Origin: the human T2T-CHM13v2.0 reference genome, Homo sapiens
Strand: one strand, 5' to 3'
NCBI RefSeq assembly: GCF_009914755.1
Contig: NC_060932.1
Length of the DNA stretch: 64,000 nucleotides
Part shown: positions 14,981 through 28,690 of the stretch, piece after piece
How positions within the stretch are numbered: position 1 is the stretch's first letter
How the letters are laid out: each line of letters starts with the position of its first letter
Notes under the pieces: generated by a model
Databases searched by the model: none
What the model was told of the DNA's origin: nothing
The model's input: the letters and a program-made list of their open reading frames with translations, nothing else
Translations under genes and position numbers: made by a program

Positions 14981-15092
14981 GCGATTGCCTGGGATCTCTG
15001 TTAAAGGGCTGAACAGCTGGGGAGGAACTGTGAGGCAGTAGAGTGTTTATCAGCGTTCCTTAAATTTTAATGAGATATCAATCACCTGGGGG

Positions 15093-15575
15093 TGAGGCAG
15101 GAGAACAGGGAATTAGGGTAACCAAGGGTTAAGGTATACGGAAAGAACAGCAGGTGCAGCGAGTTCTAGGCAAGATTAGGCAGCAAACAGGCCACATCCT
15201 TGCTCCTCTGATAACAAGACAGAAGTTTCCACTTCAGCCTCTAATTGGTCACAGGCCAATCCTTCATAGGGTGTAACCAATTGGAGGCCTCTAAAGTGCA
15301 TCTAGGGGAGTTATTAAACTTTTGTAACTTAATAAAAAGCCTAATTGTTGTTGGTGGGGGGGGTGCTCTTGTGCTGCTTCACTTGCTGGAGTCTGCTCCC
15401 ACTCTGTGAATTGTAGCTTCGCTTCAATAAATCTGTGCGTTCGTTACTTTTTGTTGTTGTTGTTTGTCTTTCATTGTTTCATTCTTTTGTTGCTTTGTTT
15501 GTGCATTTTATTCCGTTCTTTGTTCAACATGCCAAGAACCTGGACAACTCAGTCAAGACCTTCCATCCGGTAATA
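15093..15575 (+). mobile_element. MER51-family ERV1 solo LTR inserted in a MER5 remnant
   Basis: Start 'tgaggcaggagaacaggg', multiple CCAAT boxes, aataaa, end 'ccaagaacctggaca...ccggtaata'; 4-bp TSD gggg/gggt. Confidence 0.8.
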
Positions 15576-15639
15576 GGGTCTGAGTGGACTCAGGTGGTGT
15601 TGATGCTGCCAGTATGCTTTGATTGGCAAGACTATATCT

Positions 15640-15745
15640 AGTAGTTCTCAAATCAGCCTGCACATTTGAATTATCTGGAGAGCTTTTAAAAAACACTGGT
15701 GTCTAGGGCTCACCTCTAATGATTATGACTTCATTGGCCTATTTA
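15640..15745. mobile_element. MER5B fragment
   Basis: 'tagttctcaaatcagcctgcacatttgaattatctggagagcttttaaaaaacactg'. Confidence 0.7.
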
Positions 15746-15781
15746 AAGTGTAGTGAAAAGTACAGAAGCAAGAGTGTAGGT

Positions 15782-15954
15782 GAGTGGTTCTCAAAGTGTG
15801 GTCCCTAGACCAATAACATTGGCATCACCTGGGAACTTGTTAGAAATGCAAATAATCAGATCTTATACCTACTGACTCAAACTCTGGGATTGAATCCCAG
15901 CCATCTGATTCCCTCCAGGTGATTCTGATGTCCACTGAAATTTGGGAACCACTG
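15782..15954. mobile_element. Complete MER5A inserted in a MIR remnant
   Basis: TIRs gagtggttctcaaa / tttgggaaccactg; 8-bp hAT TSD gtgtaggt/gtgtagga. Confidence 0.9.
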
Positions 15955-16604
15955 GTGTAGGAAGATTTTGAGTCTGTACTCAGACTCCTTAGGCAAGCAG
16001 CCTAAGCTCTCTTTGGCAGACTTTCGTGTCTGTAAAATGGGGATAACAATAGAAGCATGTTATGGGGGTGTTTGAGTTTGATCAGGGAGTTGACACCAAC
16101 TATGGGGAAAAGCTGAGGTTCCCGTGCTACGAGAGCATGGGTAAGTCTTTAATCTGGAGGGCCTGAAGACAGAAGCAAGATTTATAGTAAGCAAGACAAG
16201 AGTGAGAGGGAATGGTTTGGGATCAACTGGGAAGATGGGGTGCCCTGAGAACTTGCCTTGGTGGGCCGTGGGGGCTTGACTCAGCACCTTTATCAGTGCA
16301 GCCTAGGTGAGGACAGGCGGGGCTACCAGGATGAAATTCTAAAGAACCAAAGTCTGAAGGGTGATGTCTTTCTCTGAGGCCGTGGAAGAACTTGCCGATG
16401 GAGGGACCACAGAGGGATCTATGGGAGAACAACGGCAACTGCAGGAGAGGTAAGAAGACCTTCAAATATCAGTGGGCAAGAGTTGGGGCTGATAGCTAGA
16501 GGATAGGGCCAGGGTTCAGAACTCTGAGGCTGAGGGAAAGAATCAGGATCTGATGGGGGAGAAGAGGTGGGGGGTGTGATGGGGAGGTGTGCTGGAAGCC
16601 TAGG

Positions 16605-17146
16605 TGTTGTGCTGAACCCCTATTAACCTCAATAGAGAAGGCACCAAGTTCAAGAGGCCAAAGAAGAGACCTAGAGCTAGCAAATGTGACTTGGGGGTTT
16701 TACTGGGACTTACTTACAGGGGAGAGGGTCCAGTGGTGGCGAGCTGGACACCTTACCTATAGAAACAATCCAGTGGTGGTGGGCTGGACAATATAACCAC
16801 TGTACGTATGGTCCAGTGGCAGCAGGCTGGGCAGGAAAACCACAATTGCTTGCAAACAGCATTCAGTTTATACAGCATTTTCATTTAACACCCTCTCCTT
16901 AATGATCTCCACCTGGTAGCTTTCATGTACCGCACTCCCCACCCCCAAACTCAGGGCCTCCATCCCCCATAGGGCCAATGTTCCACGGGACGGCCTGAGG
17001 GCTCAGATGTTCCTAACAGACAAGGAATGAATCTCCGGGTTGGTGACTTACGGATTCCCTATCTCGGAACACATTCGGGTGCGTCTGCCATATGAGGTTG
17101 TTCTCAGAGTATGCTTGTGATTTCTCTCAGGTGTGCTTACAATGCA
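16605..17146 (-). mobile_element. LTR47-like ERVL solo LTR
   Basis: 'gctgaacccctattaacctcaatagagaaggcaccaagttcaagaggcc...caggtgtgcttacaatgca'; perfect 5-bp TSD CTAGG (16600-16604, 17147-17151). Confidence 0.8.
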
Positions 17147-18318
17147 CTAGGAAGTCAGCTCGTTTGGGGTTTGCTCTTGGGGGCCGACAGGAGGAAAATG
17201 CCTGGGCCCAGGTTTAAGGACTCCTATGAAGCAGACAAACCCACCATTCCAAACTCTAGCCCTTCTCAGGCTTATCTCGGGCCAGAGCTATTCCAAGGTC
17301 CCAGGCAAAGCCAGGACTGGAACCCTTGTCTGCTTATCTAAGGCTAGTGGTGGAAGGGTGGGGATGGAGGCAACTGCAGTGAATCCTGCACCCCCACTTC
17401 CTAGGCCTCCCAACCTCCCCAGCATTTTTGAAGTTCCAAACATGTTTCTGGGTTCTCTATCTTGGTCCCCAAGCGACCTTGGCCTTAAACACATCGTGAG
17501 TCTTTAGTGCTCTGCTCAGAACTCAAAAGGTTGGTGTAACTAAGATAGAAATGCTGTGTCTACAGCCGTTGCTGTGAAATGGGAATGGAAAGGGCTGCCA
17601 GGAAGTGAAGTCTAGTCTCTCTCAATGTGTGAGGTGCAAAAAGAAAAGCTGCTGTTCTGTCTCTGAGACCTTGGATCTCTAGGAGGAGGGATGAGAGTTA
17701 AACTTCCTTTACATTTTTTCACTTTGCTATATTACTGCCTTGGACTGTTTCTACTTTTCTTCTGCTTCTATCTTCCCTTCTTTTGATGAAAGAGAAGGGG
17801 GAACTGGGCAATAATCTGATTTAATGAAACCTGCCATGCTATTTGAGAAAAACTGAAAGCTTTGTTTTAGGTTAAAATGAAAAATTGTATATAATGTAAA
17901 ATTAGTAAAACAGACATGTTAGGGGAGCACGTGCTGGGATTTGTTAGAATGAAAGTACCCTGTCTCAGCTTTGAGGAACCACCGCAGCCTACTGTGGGTT
18001 GTGGGTTATGGACAAAGGCGGCACACAGGATGTCACATATGCCTGTGCAGTGAAATTATCGAGAGACTGGATGGGCAGGATTAGAGGTCAAGAGCTTGAC
18101 CAGGTAAAAGGGATCTTCTAGTTCTCTTTAGATAGTTGAAGCTGACCGCTTCTCAAGGAAAAATGTGTTTTAGGGTATTCAAGAAAGCACAAGAAAATCA
18201 ATATTTTTAGGCTAGTTTTAAAGGGGTATTTATTGGCTGGTGGGTTAGGCATCTAATAGTTAACCAGTAGGTTACATTTATGGATTAGTAGCTAGGAAAT
18301 AAAACATGAGATTCTTTG

Positions 18319-18710
18319 TGTCTTAGTTTATTCAGGCTGCTGTAACAAACTACTATAGACTGGGTGGCTTAGAAACGACAGAAATTTCTTATTTCTCAGG
18401 AAACTGAGAAGTCCAAGATCAATGCAGTGGCAGATTTGGTGTCTGGTGGAGGCCCATTTCCTGGTTCATGGATGGATGGTCTTGCTGTAACTCCACATGG
18501 CAGGAGGGACAAGAGATCTCACTTAGGACTCTTTTATAAAGGCAATAATCCCATTATAAGGGACCTAATCACCTTTCAAAGATCCACCTCCTAATACCAT
18601 CACCTTTCAAAGATCCACCTCCTAATACCATCACCTTGGGGTTGAGGATTTCAATACATGAATTTTTGTGGGGCATGGTGGGGGGCATTAACACTTTTTA
18701 TCCATTGAAA
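18319..18710 (-). mobile_element. MLT1A0-like MaLR LTR with an internal 31-bp tandem duplication
   Basis: 'tgtcttagtttattcaggctgctgtaacaaa...gaagtccaagatcaa...ggatttcaatacatgaattttt'. Confidence 0.85.
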
Positions 18711-18764
18711 TTTTCAGAAATTTCCCACAAAACTACAGACTGAGTTTTACAAATGGTTTTCAGA

Positions 18765-18950
18765 GTCAGTAGCCTGAAGTCAGATAGGTTAGGTTCAAAT
18801 TCCCTCACTAGTGTGCTTGATCCTGGGGCAAGTTAGTTCTCTGAACCTTGATTTCTCTCATCTTTGAAATGGGGATTATTATGGGAATTAAATGTACTAC
18901 TAATGTATGCGAATGTGGTTTGTAGAGTGCCATTTAAATATTAGTCGTTA
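18765..18950 (+). mobile_element. MIR SINE
   Basis: 'ggttcaaattcc...ggggcaagttagttctctgaaccttgatttctctcatctttgaaatgggga'. Confidence 0.8.
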
Positions 18951-20810
18951 TGCTTCCAAAGTCCTATTTCCTAGAAGATTAAATTGGATGTCTCATGGGG
19001 TCTCAGGAGTTTGTCTTTTGTTTTTTGATCCACCTATAGGCATACACAAAATGTATTCCAGCATCATTACCAAACTGCAGTGGTATTCTGGGATCTGAGC
19101 CTAGGTTTCTCTTTCTCTTTTAATGATAAATAAATGAATAATCACCGTGGTTGCAAAGTTCGGGTGAAGCCAAGCTTTTCCTTTTCCTCAGCGCAGGCTC
19201 TCTGGGCTGAAGCCTATGTGGAACTGGGGAAAGGCATGGCTGGGGCCTCTTTCCCTAACTTGTTCTACTTCTGCACCACTCACTCTGCTGCCCTGGATGG
19301 AGGTGGAGGTGAAAGGGAAGGTGAAGGGGCTGGGAAAGTCCTGTCTGGCAGGACAGTAGTAACCTGCCACTGAGGCGGCTTGGATGATGCAGTGTTAGTG
19401 CTTACTCTTGGTGGGCAGAGGGAGTTTGCAGTGAGTTTTCAGGGACTCTGGTCTTAGCATTTTTCTACATGCAATTCGCTTAATGTGGGCAGTTACTCCT
19501 GCAGTTGGACATCTGTGGCTCTCCCCTCAGCCCCTGGCTCCTGGCAGTCTGTCTCTCTGTTGGGGTCACCTTATCCCTCCAGGGGATCCATTTAAGATAA
19601 CCAGAGTCTGGTTCTCTTCCATGGGGTTTCCAGTTGCCTAGTGAGAACTCTGTGGATGTCTGTTTCCCACTCAACGCTGGAAAGCCTGGCTGTTCCCTTC
19701 ATTCTGCCTCTTTGCTACCGGGTAGCCATTCCAGCCAGCTTTTCATCTTCAACACTAGAGGGACGAGTCAGGTTTTAGTCCACAATCTCCAGGGAACAAA
19801 CAGAAAACTCTCCAAGTTGCCCTCTTGAAGAGCCCTCTTGGCATTAGGAGGGGGAAGCACCACCTTCTCCTTGTCCTTGGGGACTCTTGGACACCCATAA
19901 CTCTCTTCAGAGAAAATCCCAACTACCTCCTAACTTCTGTCTTCCTGATGAATTCTATATTTCTTTAATATTGTCAGGAGGTGCATGGTGGGCTCCCACT
20001 GGAAGAACAATGTTTTCGGTCACTCCCTTCCAAATCCTGAAGAGAAGGCCTTGACATCTGTTGTCTCAGCTTTGGGGCATGGCCAAAATGTTAAGATGGG
20101 AAGAGTCCCATTTGAACATCCTGCCTCACCAAGATAAGGTTAAGTGTTCTCATGGCCAGGACTGCAGGCACTTCCTTCAGGATCCTTCTGCTTCCCCTGG
20201 ATACCTGGAGGCCTTTGGGCTTCCCTTGTCCATGTCCCAAACTCCTTAATAAAAGTCTTAACTCTTTTAGTCCCATCTAACTCCAAACTAAGTTGTTTTT
20301 CACTAGTTGTCAGACAAAACTAATCTTCTTCAAGGAAATCTCATTAAAACAAATGCAAAACCAAGGCAGTTAACTCTCCCAGAATTATCTGCGTGTTGAA
20401 AGAGACGGAAAATTCATGAGAGGGAAAAAAATCCAACAGAAATTCAGCATAGTTTCTGGCAGATGAAACTCACACTATGTCCAGTTGTGGCCACCCCGTC
20501 TAGGGCCAGGAGTGAGGCGGGGCAGTGCCTGTGGAGATTCAAGGCGCTCTGCGTCCCTCCTTAGAGGGTCCTCTTCTACTTTCCCTGGAGGTGGAAGTGC
20601 CTTTCCCTTCTGTTGACACTGGGTCGTCACCAACGTGAGTCACAGACATTCTCTGTAAGCTTGTAACCAGGATGGCATATGGACCAAAATGATACCCAAT
20701 TTGAAAGGTGTATGGAAATAAAACAAAACCCTCCCATGTAGATTATTCCCACAGCACCGTCTAGAAAGCCAGTGCCCTTCCCCTCATTCCCTTTTAGCCG
20801 CTTCTCAAAA

Positions 20811-20829
20811 TGACCAGTAGGGGGCACTG
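20811..20829 (+). promoter_or_regulatory. CTCF binding motif
   Basis: TGACCAGTAGGGGGCACTG matches the CTCF core CCASYAGRKGGCRS, in non-repeat sequence. Confidence 0.7.
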
Positions 20830-22746
20830 CAGGGTGAGATTCCCAGGCCTCCTGCACCTCCCATTCATGAAAAGTTATTGGAACATGAAGTATGGAATAT
20901 AATACACCTATTTTAGCTACAGTAATACTTGCTGAGAAATTGATTACTCATAAATGTAAGATCTCGGTTGTTCTTGAGATGTGATTAGCTAAAGAAGGAA
21001 GTTTTAGCTTGAAGGATAGGGGATCAGTTCTAACTAGGTGTTTGTGAAGTACTGGACCCTAACGTCCCTGGAAAAATGTCTCAGACATGACCGTTGTGTG
21101 ACTATGATGTATTTGGACAGGGCACCAAAAGAAGGATCTGGCAGCCTTATATTGGGGGTGCGGGGGAGCCAGAGGCATGAAAGCTGAGTGTTTTTAAATG
21201 TCAGGAAGAAGCTATCTTTTATGCTGACTTTATTGGATACTTGGATGCTTTATTGCATGTCGGGCAATTGAACTTAAAGCCAGCAGCAAGTTTATTATAA
21301 AATCAAATGAAGAAGGGACAAACAGTTCTTTTTGTCAAGGAAGGGAAATTGAGGTACCCATGGAAAATAGAAAACAAATCTTAGATTTTAAGAGTCACAG
21401 ATACAGAAACAAAAACCCAACGCAGGTTTTGAAATTGGGGCATTTTAATTTAAAACAAAGTTATTTTTCCGTCAGGGAATACATTCATGTGATTCAAATC
21501 AGAAGATGCAAAGAAGTTTATAAGTCTTCCACCCCTTTCTACCAGGCACCAATTTCCCCTCCCCACAGCTTTCTAGAAGTATTTTATGCATTCTACAAAT
21601 TACGCATCATCTTAGCTTTATGGTTGTAATATGATTATATCTTGGAGATAATTCTATTTTAGTACTACAGTGTTTTCTTATTCTTTTTTATTGCTGTAAA
21701 ATATTCCATTGTCCATGGATATACATCTGGGCTATTTTTAGCTGTTCCCTACTACAGAGGAGGATTTGTTGGACAACCTTATATAGGAAGCTAGAGCTCT
21801 GGGGAGTATACTAAGATTTCCCAAAGCAGTCAGCTCAGTATTAGGCTGCTTCATGGGGGCTGCCATGGAGAGGGTGTATTCAGAGGGACCCCAGAGGTCT
21901 TTATATACCCACCAACCCAAGATTGTAAAAGTCTATGAATCTTTGACATCAGCTCCAATCCAAGGCTAGTTATAATCTTTATAAACATTTGCTTGTACCA
22001 AGGTCTTGCTGTGTAGATACTCAAGAACTTCCTGGCTTTTCATCCTGTTCCTTTGTCTTCTCTGGGCCTCAGTTTCTTCATGTGTAAAATTGGAAAGCTG
22101 GAGTATAAGTTGTTTTCAGACCTTTTCTTAAACCAGTGTTGTTATTTTTTTTAAACCAGATGAAATTTAGGAGGAACTCTAATAAAAGCCCAGATAAAAA
22201 TGAGGTATGATATAGAGTGGTGTCTTAGTTTCTTCTTTATTTCTGTGCAGATAGTATTCTGTAGAATCTCCGAATTAACTCTGAGAAGCTGTAAGGATCT
22301 GTGGAAGATTATGTGAAAAGAAACAGATACTAGCTGGAAGGTTTTCTGTTTATGTCTGTGACAAGATTATAATAATGACTGGTTACCATGATTCACAGGG
22401 ATCTAGGGTTCTTTTGTGATCTACCGTCTACCAGTTTCTACATAAATTATGAAAATTAGAATGACTCTGCCAAGAAGGGAAAAGACCAGAGGATTAGAGC
22501 ATGAACAGTAGGTCTGGGTGAGATGATGGGAAGAAGGGAAGGCCCCCCTCCCCTGAAAAAATGGTAAGAACTTGGGAAATAAAGGAGGGAAGACATTCAT
22601 CTGACTTTCAGATTCATGGCTTGATCAGCAGGTATCGTTTGTGAGCAGATTCTTTTTTTTTGAGAGAGAGGAAGAAGTCCATTTTATAGAAAATATAACT
22701 TTTTCAAAAATTTTTTTTGTAACATGTTTTCCTGTTGTATAATCTC

Positions 22747-23012
22747 TTTAACTTTTAAGTTCAGGGGTACAAGTGCAGGATGTGCAGGTTTGTTACATAG
22801 GTAAACATGTGTCATGGAGTTTGTTGTATAGATTATTTCATCACCCAGGTTTTAAGCCTAATTTTCCTGATCCTCTCCCTCCTCCCACGCTCTGCCATCC
22901 AGTAGACCCCAGTGTGTGGTGATCCCTTCTATGCATCCATGTGTTCTCATCATTTAGCTCCCACTTATATAAGTGAGAGAATGTGGTATTTGGTTTTCTG
23001 TTCCTATGTGAG
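22747..23012 (-). mobile_element. L1PA (about PA13-16) 3' UTR fragment
   Basis: 'ttttaagttcaggggtacaagtgcaggatgtgcaggtttgttacataggtaaacatgtgtcatgg'. Confidence 0.9.
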
Positions 23013-23256
23013 CTGATTCTTGAATGTGAAAGGGTGTCCAAGGCAGGCAGAAAGACACCATTCATAGGAAGAAGAGAGACTAAAAGGTACTTAAAATTTA
23101 GTTGATTTTAAAAATATGAAAGTATTTAGATATTGATTTTTTTCAGTAATAACTTCTTCTCTGGACTTTAGACAGGTTGAAAAGATTCTAAACATGGTGT
23201 GGTTAAATAGCCCGCTGGAAGCATATTTCAATCTGACTCCATCTTCCAGAGGAGGA

Positions 23257-23296
23257 ATGTGTGTGTGTGTGTGCACGCACGCGCGTGTGTGCACGT
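23257..23296. repeat. Alternating purine-pyrimidine tract (TG)n-(CA/CG)n
   Basis: atgtgtgtgtgtgtgtgcacgcacgcgcgtgtgtgcacgt, 40 bp of unbroken RY alternation. Confidence 0.9.
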
Positions 23297-23463
23297 CTTT
23301 GTTATGTTGTAGGTAGACTGAACCATCAACATTAGCCTTTGCTTTTGGTACCATTCACCTCTTAGGGACATTTTCTGTGGGTCTGCTGTGTCTGGAGGAG
23401 ATTTGGCTGTGGCAGGAAGAGGAGTTCAGTAGAGATTTTGACTTACAAACTCTCCATAGTGAA

Positions 23464-23847
<384 letters not shown>

Positions 23848-25314
23848 TTACGAGTCACATCTAAAAGCCCCTGAGTGGCCTCATTTCCCACCCCACATCA
23901 TAGCAAATTATTCTCTATATCGAAGTTAAGAAAGATTTCCAGCATTGATAAGCTAAGCTTTTTTCAAACTTATGAAATGTCTACAAATATACTATATAAT
24001 AATAAAATTGGTATACGGGCTCATGATTCTTAATATTATACTAGCATTACCACCCCTTCCCCATTCTTATGAGGTTTACTGTCTCAGAATTTCTATCTGA
24101 ATTTCAATGTAAATCAGAAGAGAAAATGGGAAGTACAATGTGTGTGTGTAGCAGACAAAAGGAGTTATGCCTTAAACTTCAAGGTTTCCTGACTCTATAG
24201 AGATAGCAGTAGCAAAGCCTGATGGCCCAAATATTCTGTCTTACTCAACATTTAATGCTGTGTGGGATTATAAGAAATGCTGAGATTCTCTTTTTTCTGC
24301 AAATACCTGGAAAGTTTTGTGTATCTTCAAAAAAGAATTCAAAATCTGCTTTCTGTGCTGCCATCTGTTAGAAGGCATCCTGCCCAAGAAATGCTTCACC
24401 ATAGTATGGGGAATCTCTGAAGACTTGATTGAAATGAGTTTGCACAGGAAAATAACATGTAGCAGAATACAGAAGATGATCCTGCCCCAAAAGGTCCTAG
24501 ATTGGCCAATCAGCCTCTGAATTGAAGAGTCGAGAACTGACAAGGTCAAGAGTGAGGGTCTGATTTCCTCAGAGGCTGTTGGCAGGTTTGCCAACCCCAG
24601 AAAGAGCTTGCTGCTGTTGATCAGAGGGGTAGGCTCCCCATGAATCTCTTCACTCCCATTGTTACCACTGTGTAGTCAATAATATCTCTGTGTGACAAGA
24701 AGAAAATACTCTTGTTGAAGAGACATAGTCAGATGACTTATAAAATTAACTATATCTCATTTGAGAAGTTTCTTACAATCTGGACCATTTTGAATAAGTA
24801 AATCAATTATTTTTGACCAGATCCCTCTCTCATTATGTATCCTGACCATTGGTAAGTGTAGGATTAGTATCCAGCAGTGGCTGATATAGGATAAAATGTA
24901 TATCCCATCAAATCCCTATGAACAGAGAGGAGAGTCACTGCCTTTTCTTAGGATAGTGAAAAATTTCAAGTTAATTTTTAAAGGTGTTCTTTGCGGAGAT
25001 TTTAAACACCTTAAGGGTAGGGACCAGACCCTCTTCCTTTTATCTTGTCCTTGCCTCTCATTTTCTCAGGTGTGGTCTTTTAGGCAGAATGAGCACTATT
25101 AGTGTATTTGACAAAATGATGATCTGTATTTTACTATTTGAAACAAGTTCCCCTAAAGATCTCAAAGGAGCCTGTGGTGATGGAAGGCAGTGTTAAGAAA
25201 GGGATGTGGACTAGATGTGTGCAAATAGAGAACTTTTGAGAGTGCCTGTAGGAGACGCAAAAGCATCCTGGAAATGCTAAAAAAGATCCTGGACCAATTT
25301 TTTCATCCCTCAGC

Positions 25315-25787
<473 letters not shown>

Positions 25788-26007
25788 AAAGGTCTCGGGA
25801 GAAAGGACAGATTAGCTTCCCCCCAACCCAAAAGGTAAAATATTTAATGAATATACTTTATAACGTTAACTTGAGAGAGAGATGTTTATGAACCTTGCAG
25901 TATAGTAATTCATAGATATGGAGTCTATCATGCTTTCCCTCGACTTCAGCTTCTTTGGTCTCTCTGACTTCTTGAATTGTGGGTCTTGGGTGAACTTTAG
26001 AAGATCT

Positions 26008-26225
26008 GCAAGGCAGTGTAGCTCAGTGTGGAAGGAGCCCTGAAGCTGGAGCAGACACCTGCTTCCAGTTCCGTCTCTGCTGTTTATGGCCTTGTGAGCT
26101 GTGGGAGTCACTCAGATTCTTACGTGTCAAATGACATCTGGTGAAGTGGATAGTGAGAAACATTCTATAGAGGTTTAAGTATAGAATTTTAATGAAATGA
26201 GACTGGTAATGTAACAAGTGTGACA
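26008..26225 (+). mobile_element. MIR (diverged)
   Basis: 'aggcagtgtagctcagtgtggaaggagccctgaagctggagcagacacctg' head. Confidence 0.6.
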
Positions 26226-26379
26226 TTTTATGCATGCAAAATAACCCTGTCTCATTAAAAAGTATCTTGAGAGGCAAGTGCCACGCATAACACTCAAAAT
26301 AATTTGGTACTGCTTTTAGAATTGTCTTCAGATTCATGGATGAAATCCAGTCTCATAACTTTGTCACACATTTTCACTT

Positions 26380-27065
26380 TTTAATTTTTAAAAACTTTTA
26401 AATTTTATAAGTCTAAAATTTTTCAACATGGCTGCAAAAATAGTTTGAAGTTCCACATACCCTTCATCCAAATTCCCAAAATATTGATTTATTGTATAAC
26501 CACAATATAATAATAAAAAGCAGGAAATTAACATTACTATAATACTACTTAATCTGCATACTTTATCCAGATTTCACACACTGTCTTACTAATGACCTTT
26601 TTCTGGGCGGTATCTAATTTAGGACTACACATTTGCATTTAGCTATATTTTCTTAGTTTTCTTTAATATGGAACAGTTCTGTGGTCTCTCTTACCCTTTT
26701 TGAAATTATTTGGTAGATTTTCTCCTAATTTGGGTTTATCTGATGTTTCTTCATACTTAAAGTTGTGCATCTTTGGCAAGCGGGCCATGGACGAGATGCT
26801 GTGGCTTTCTCAGCATGTTATGTCAGGAGGTGCATAATCTCAATTTGTCTTATTACTCAAATGAAACTTTGCTCAGTCAGTTAAGGCGGGGTCTGCCAGA
26901 CTTCTCCACTATAAAGTTACTACTTTCTCTTTAAAAGAATATCCCGTGGTGGATACTTTGAGACTATATAAGTCTCCCTTTTCCCATTCATTCTCTCATT
27001 TTAGCATCTATAGTTCTTGCCTGGAACAATGATTGCTTAGGTGTTTGCCAAATGGTAACGTTTAT
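26380..27065 (-). mobile_element. L1MC4/5-like 3' fragment
   Basis: 'catacccttcatccaaattccc', 'ggaaattaacatt', 'gtctgccagacttctccactataaagttact', 'gtttgccaaatgg'. Confidence 0.8.
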
Positions 27066-27254
27066 GTAAAACTTCAAGCCAGTATGCCCATGGATGGTTC
27101 ACTCTTACCACACTGGACTCAAGGCGACTGTGTGGTGTTGAAACTGTGGGTCGTTCCCACATTCAAATCTAGTGTCTGCAAATGCTGTTCTTCTTTCCCT
27201 GTCTCCCTCCTCTGACACGTTTTGCACTGCCTACATGGAGGCTTATCAGGCAGA

Positions 27255-27480
27255 AGGAAGTACATGTTCTTTGGAAGTAGCTTTGGATTAGAATTCTAGA
27301 CCCACCACATACGACTTGGGTGACCCCATTCAAGTAAATTAATCTCTCTGTGTTTCAAGTGCCCAATAAATAGAGAATCTTGCTTCATGGGTTCTTTTAA
27401 AGAGTAAATAAGATACCATGTATAAAATCTTCTGCATCAAGCATGATGTGAATCTCTTTAATGTTATCTCTATTTTCTTT
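27255..27480 (+). mobile_element. MIR (diverged)
   Basis: 'ttgggtgaccccattcaagtaaattaatctctctgtgttt' core-like. Confidence 0.55.
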
Positions 27481-27519
27481 TTCCAATGAAATCACTCAAA
27501 TGGCCACAGTGAATACAAA

Positions 27520-27610
27520 GGCTGAATTTTGATTCCATTGGTCTGGATGGAAGCCAGCTTAAAATCTCTGCGGCTGATTCTAATGTGCACCCAAGATTCG
27601 GAACCACTGA
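27520..27610. mobile_element. MER5 fragment
   Basis: 'ctgattctaatgtgcacccaagattcggaaccactg'. Confidence 0.65.
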
Positions 27611-27752
27611 ATTTGATGCTCACTAGCTGATTTAAAACTCTAAGATAAAATAAAATTGAATATATCTTTACTGATATCATTTTATCAAAAATGAAATATT
27701 GTATAAAGGGAGAAATTTTGTGAGGAAACTTTAGGTATTTTAGGTATTTGCT

Positions 27753-28690
27753 AATTCATTTATTAGTAGTTTCTTGAGCCCCTATGTTCAGGCATCGTGC
27801 TAAGCAGTGGGCATATGATGATGAGATAGACACAGTCAAGCAGCTACAGCACAGTTCAGGGCAATACAAGCTCCGGTGGGGGCAGGTACAGAGATCTAAT
27901 TTGCCTTGTAAAGGAGTTCGAATTTTATCCCATCAGCGTTTGACATATGAAGGATATTGAGCTGGTGGGGAGGGGGTCATGATTAAATGTTAGAAAGACT
28001 ACTCTGGTGTGTTCGGAATGGGAAGGCAGGGTGATCAGGAGAGATGGATGCTGAGGCTTTATCCTGAGATGTTACAGTGGGGATGAAAAGGTGGGGTAGG
28101 ACTTGTGAGACATGTTGAAGGCAGAATGATAGGACCTAATGACCAGTGATGTAAGGGAGGTCTGATGACTTCCAGATGCCTGGGTAGATTGCAGCATCAT
28201 TCATGGAACCAGGGCAAAAGCAAGGTTGTGGATGGGGATATTCCGAGTTCAGTTTTGAACCTGGGCAGTCAAGGCCTTTGAGAACATGTTATCTAGTAGG
28301 TGGTTGATAAAGGTTGATAAATGAATCCAGAATTTGGGGAAGGTATCTCCATTAAAGAGAAAGATAAGGCTCTGTGCAATTAGTATTTGAAGCTGCAGGT
28401 ATGGATGAAATTGTCAGAATATGTGGAAGAATAAGAGAAAAGCCAAAGACAGATCTCAGGATCATTGGCATTAAGGGTACATTGAGGAAGAGGAGCCAGA
28501 AGAGGGGAGTCCAGGGAGCAAGAAGAGAACGGGGAGCAAGAAGAGAACCAGGAGAAGAGAGCTGCAGGGACATGAAGGAGGAGGAAATGTGAAGCAAGGT
28601 AGACCAGTCAGCAGTGCAGAGGCAACAGATGTGTCAAGTAGGGTAAGGCCTGAGCTGAGCTGCAATCACTGGACTTGGCCTCTAGGCGGG
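27753..28690 (-). mobile_element. L2 LINE fragment
   Basis: Antisense L2 3' end 'attcatttattagtagtttcttgagcccctatgttcaggcatcgtgctaagcagtggg', then purine-rich L2 body ('gagttcagttttgaac'). Confidence 0.8.

Noticed and set aside
28514-28560. 18-bp tandem repeat gggagcaagaagagaac
   Set aside because: Small slippage duplication inside an L2 fragment.
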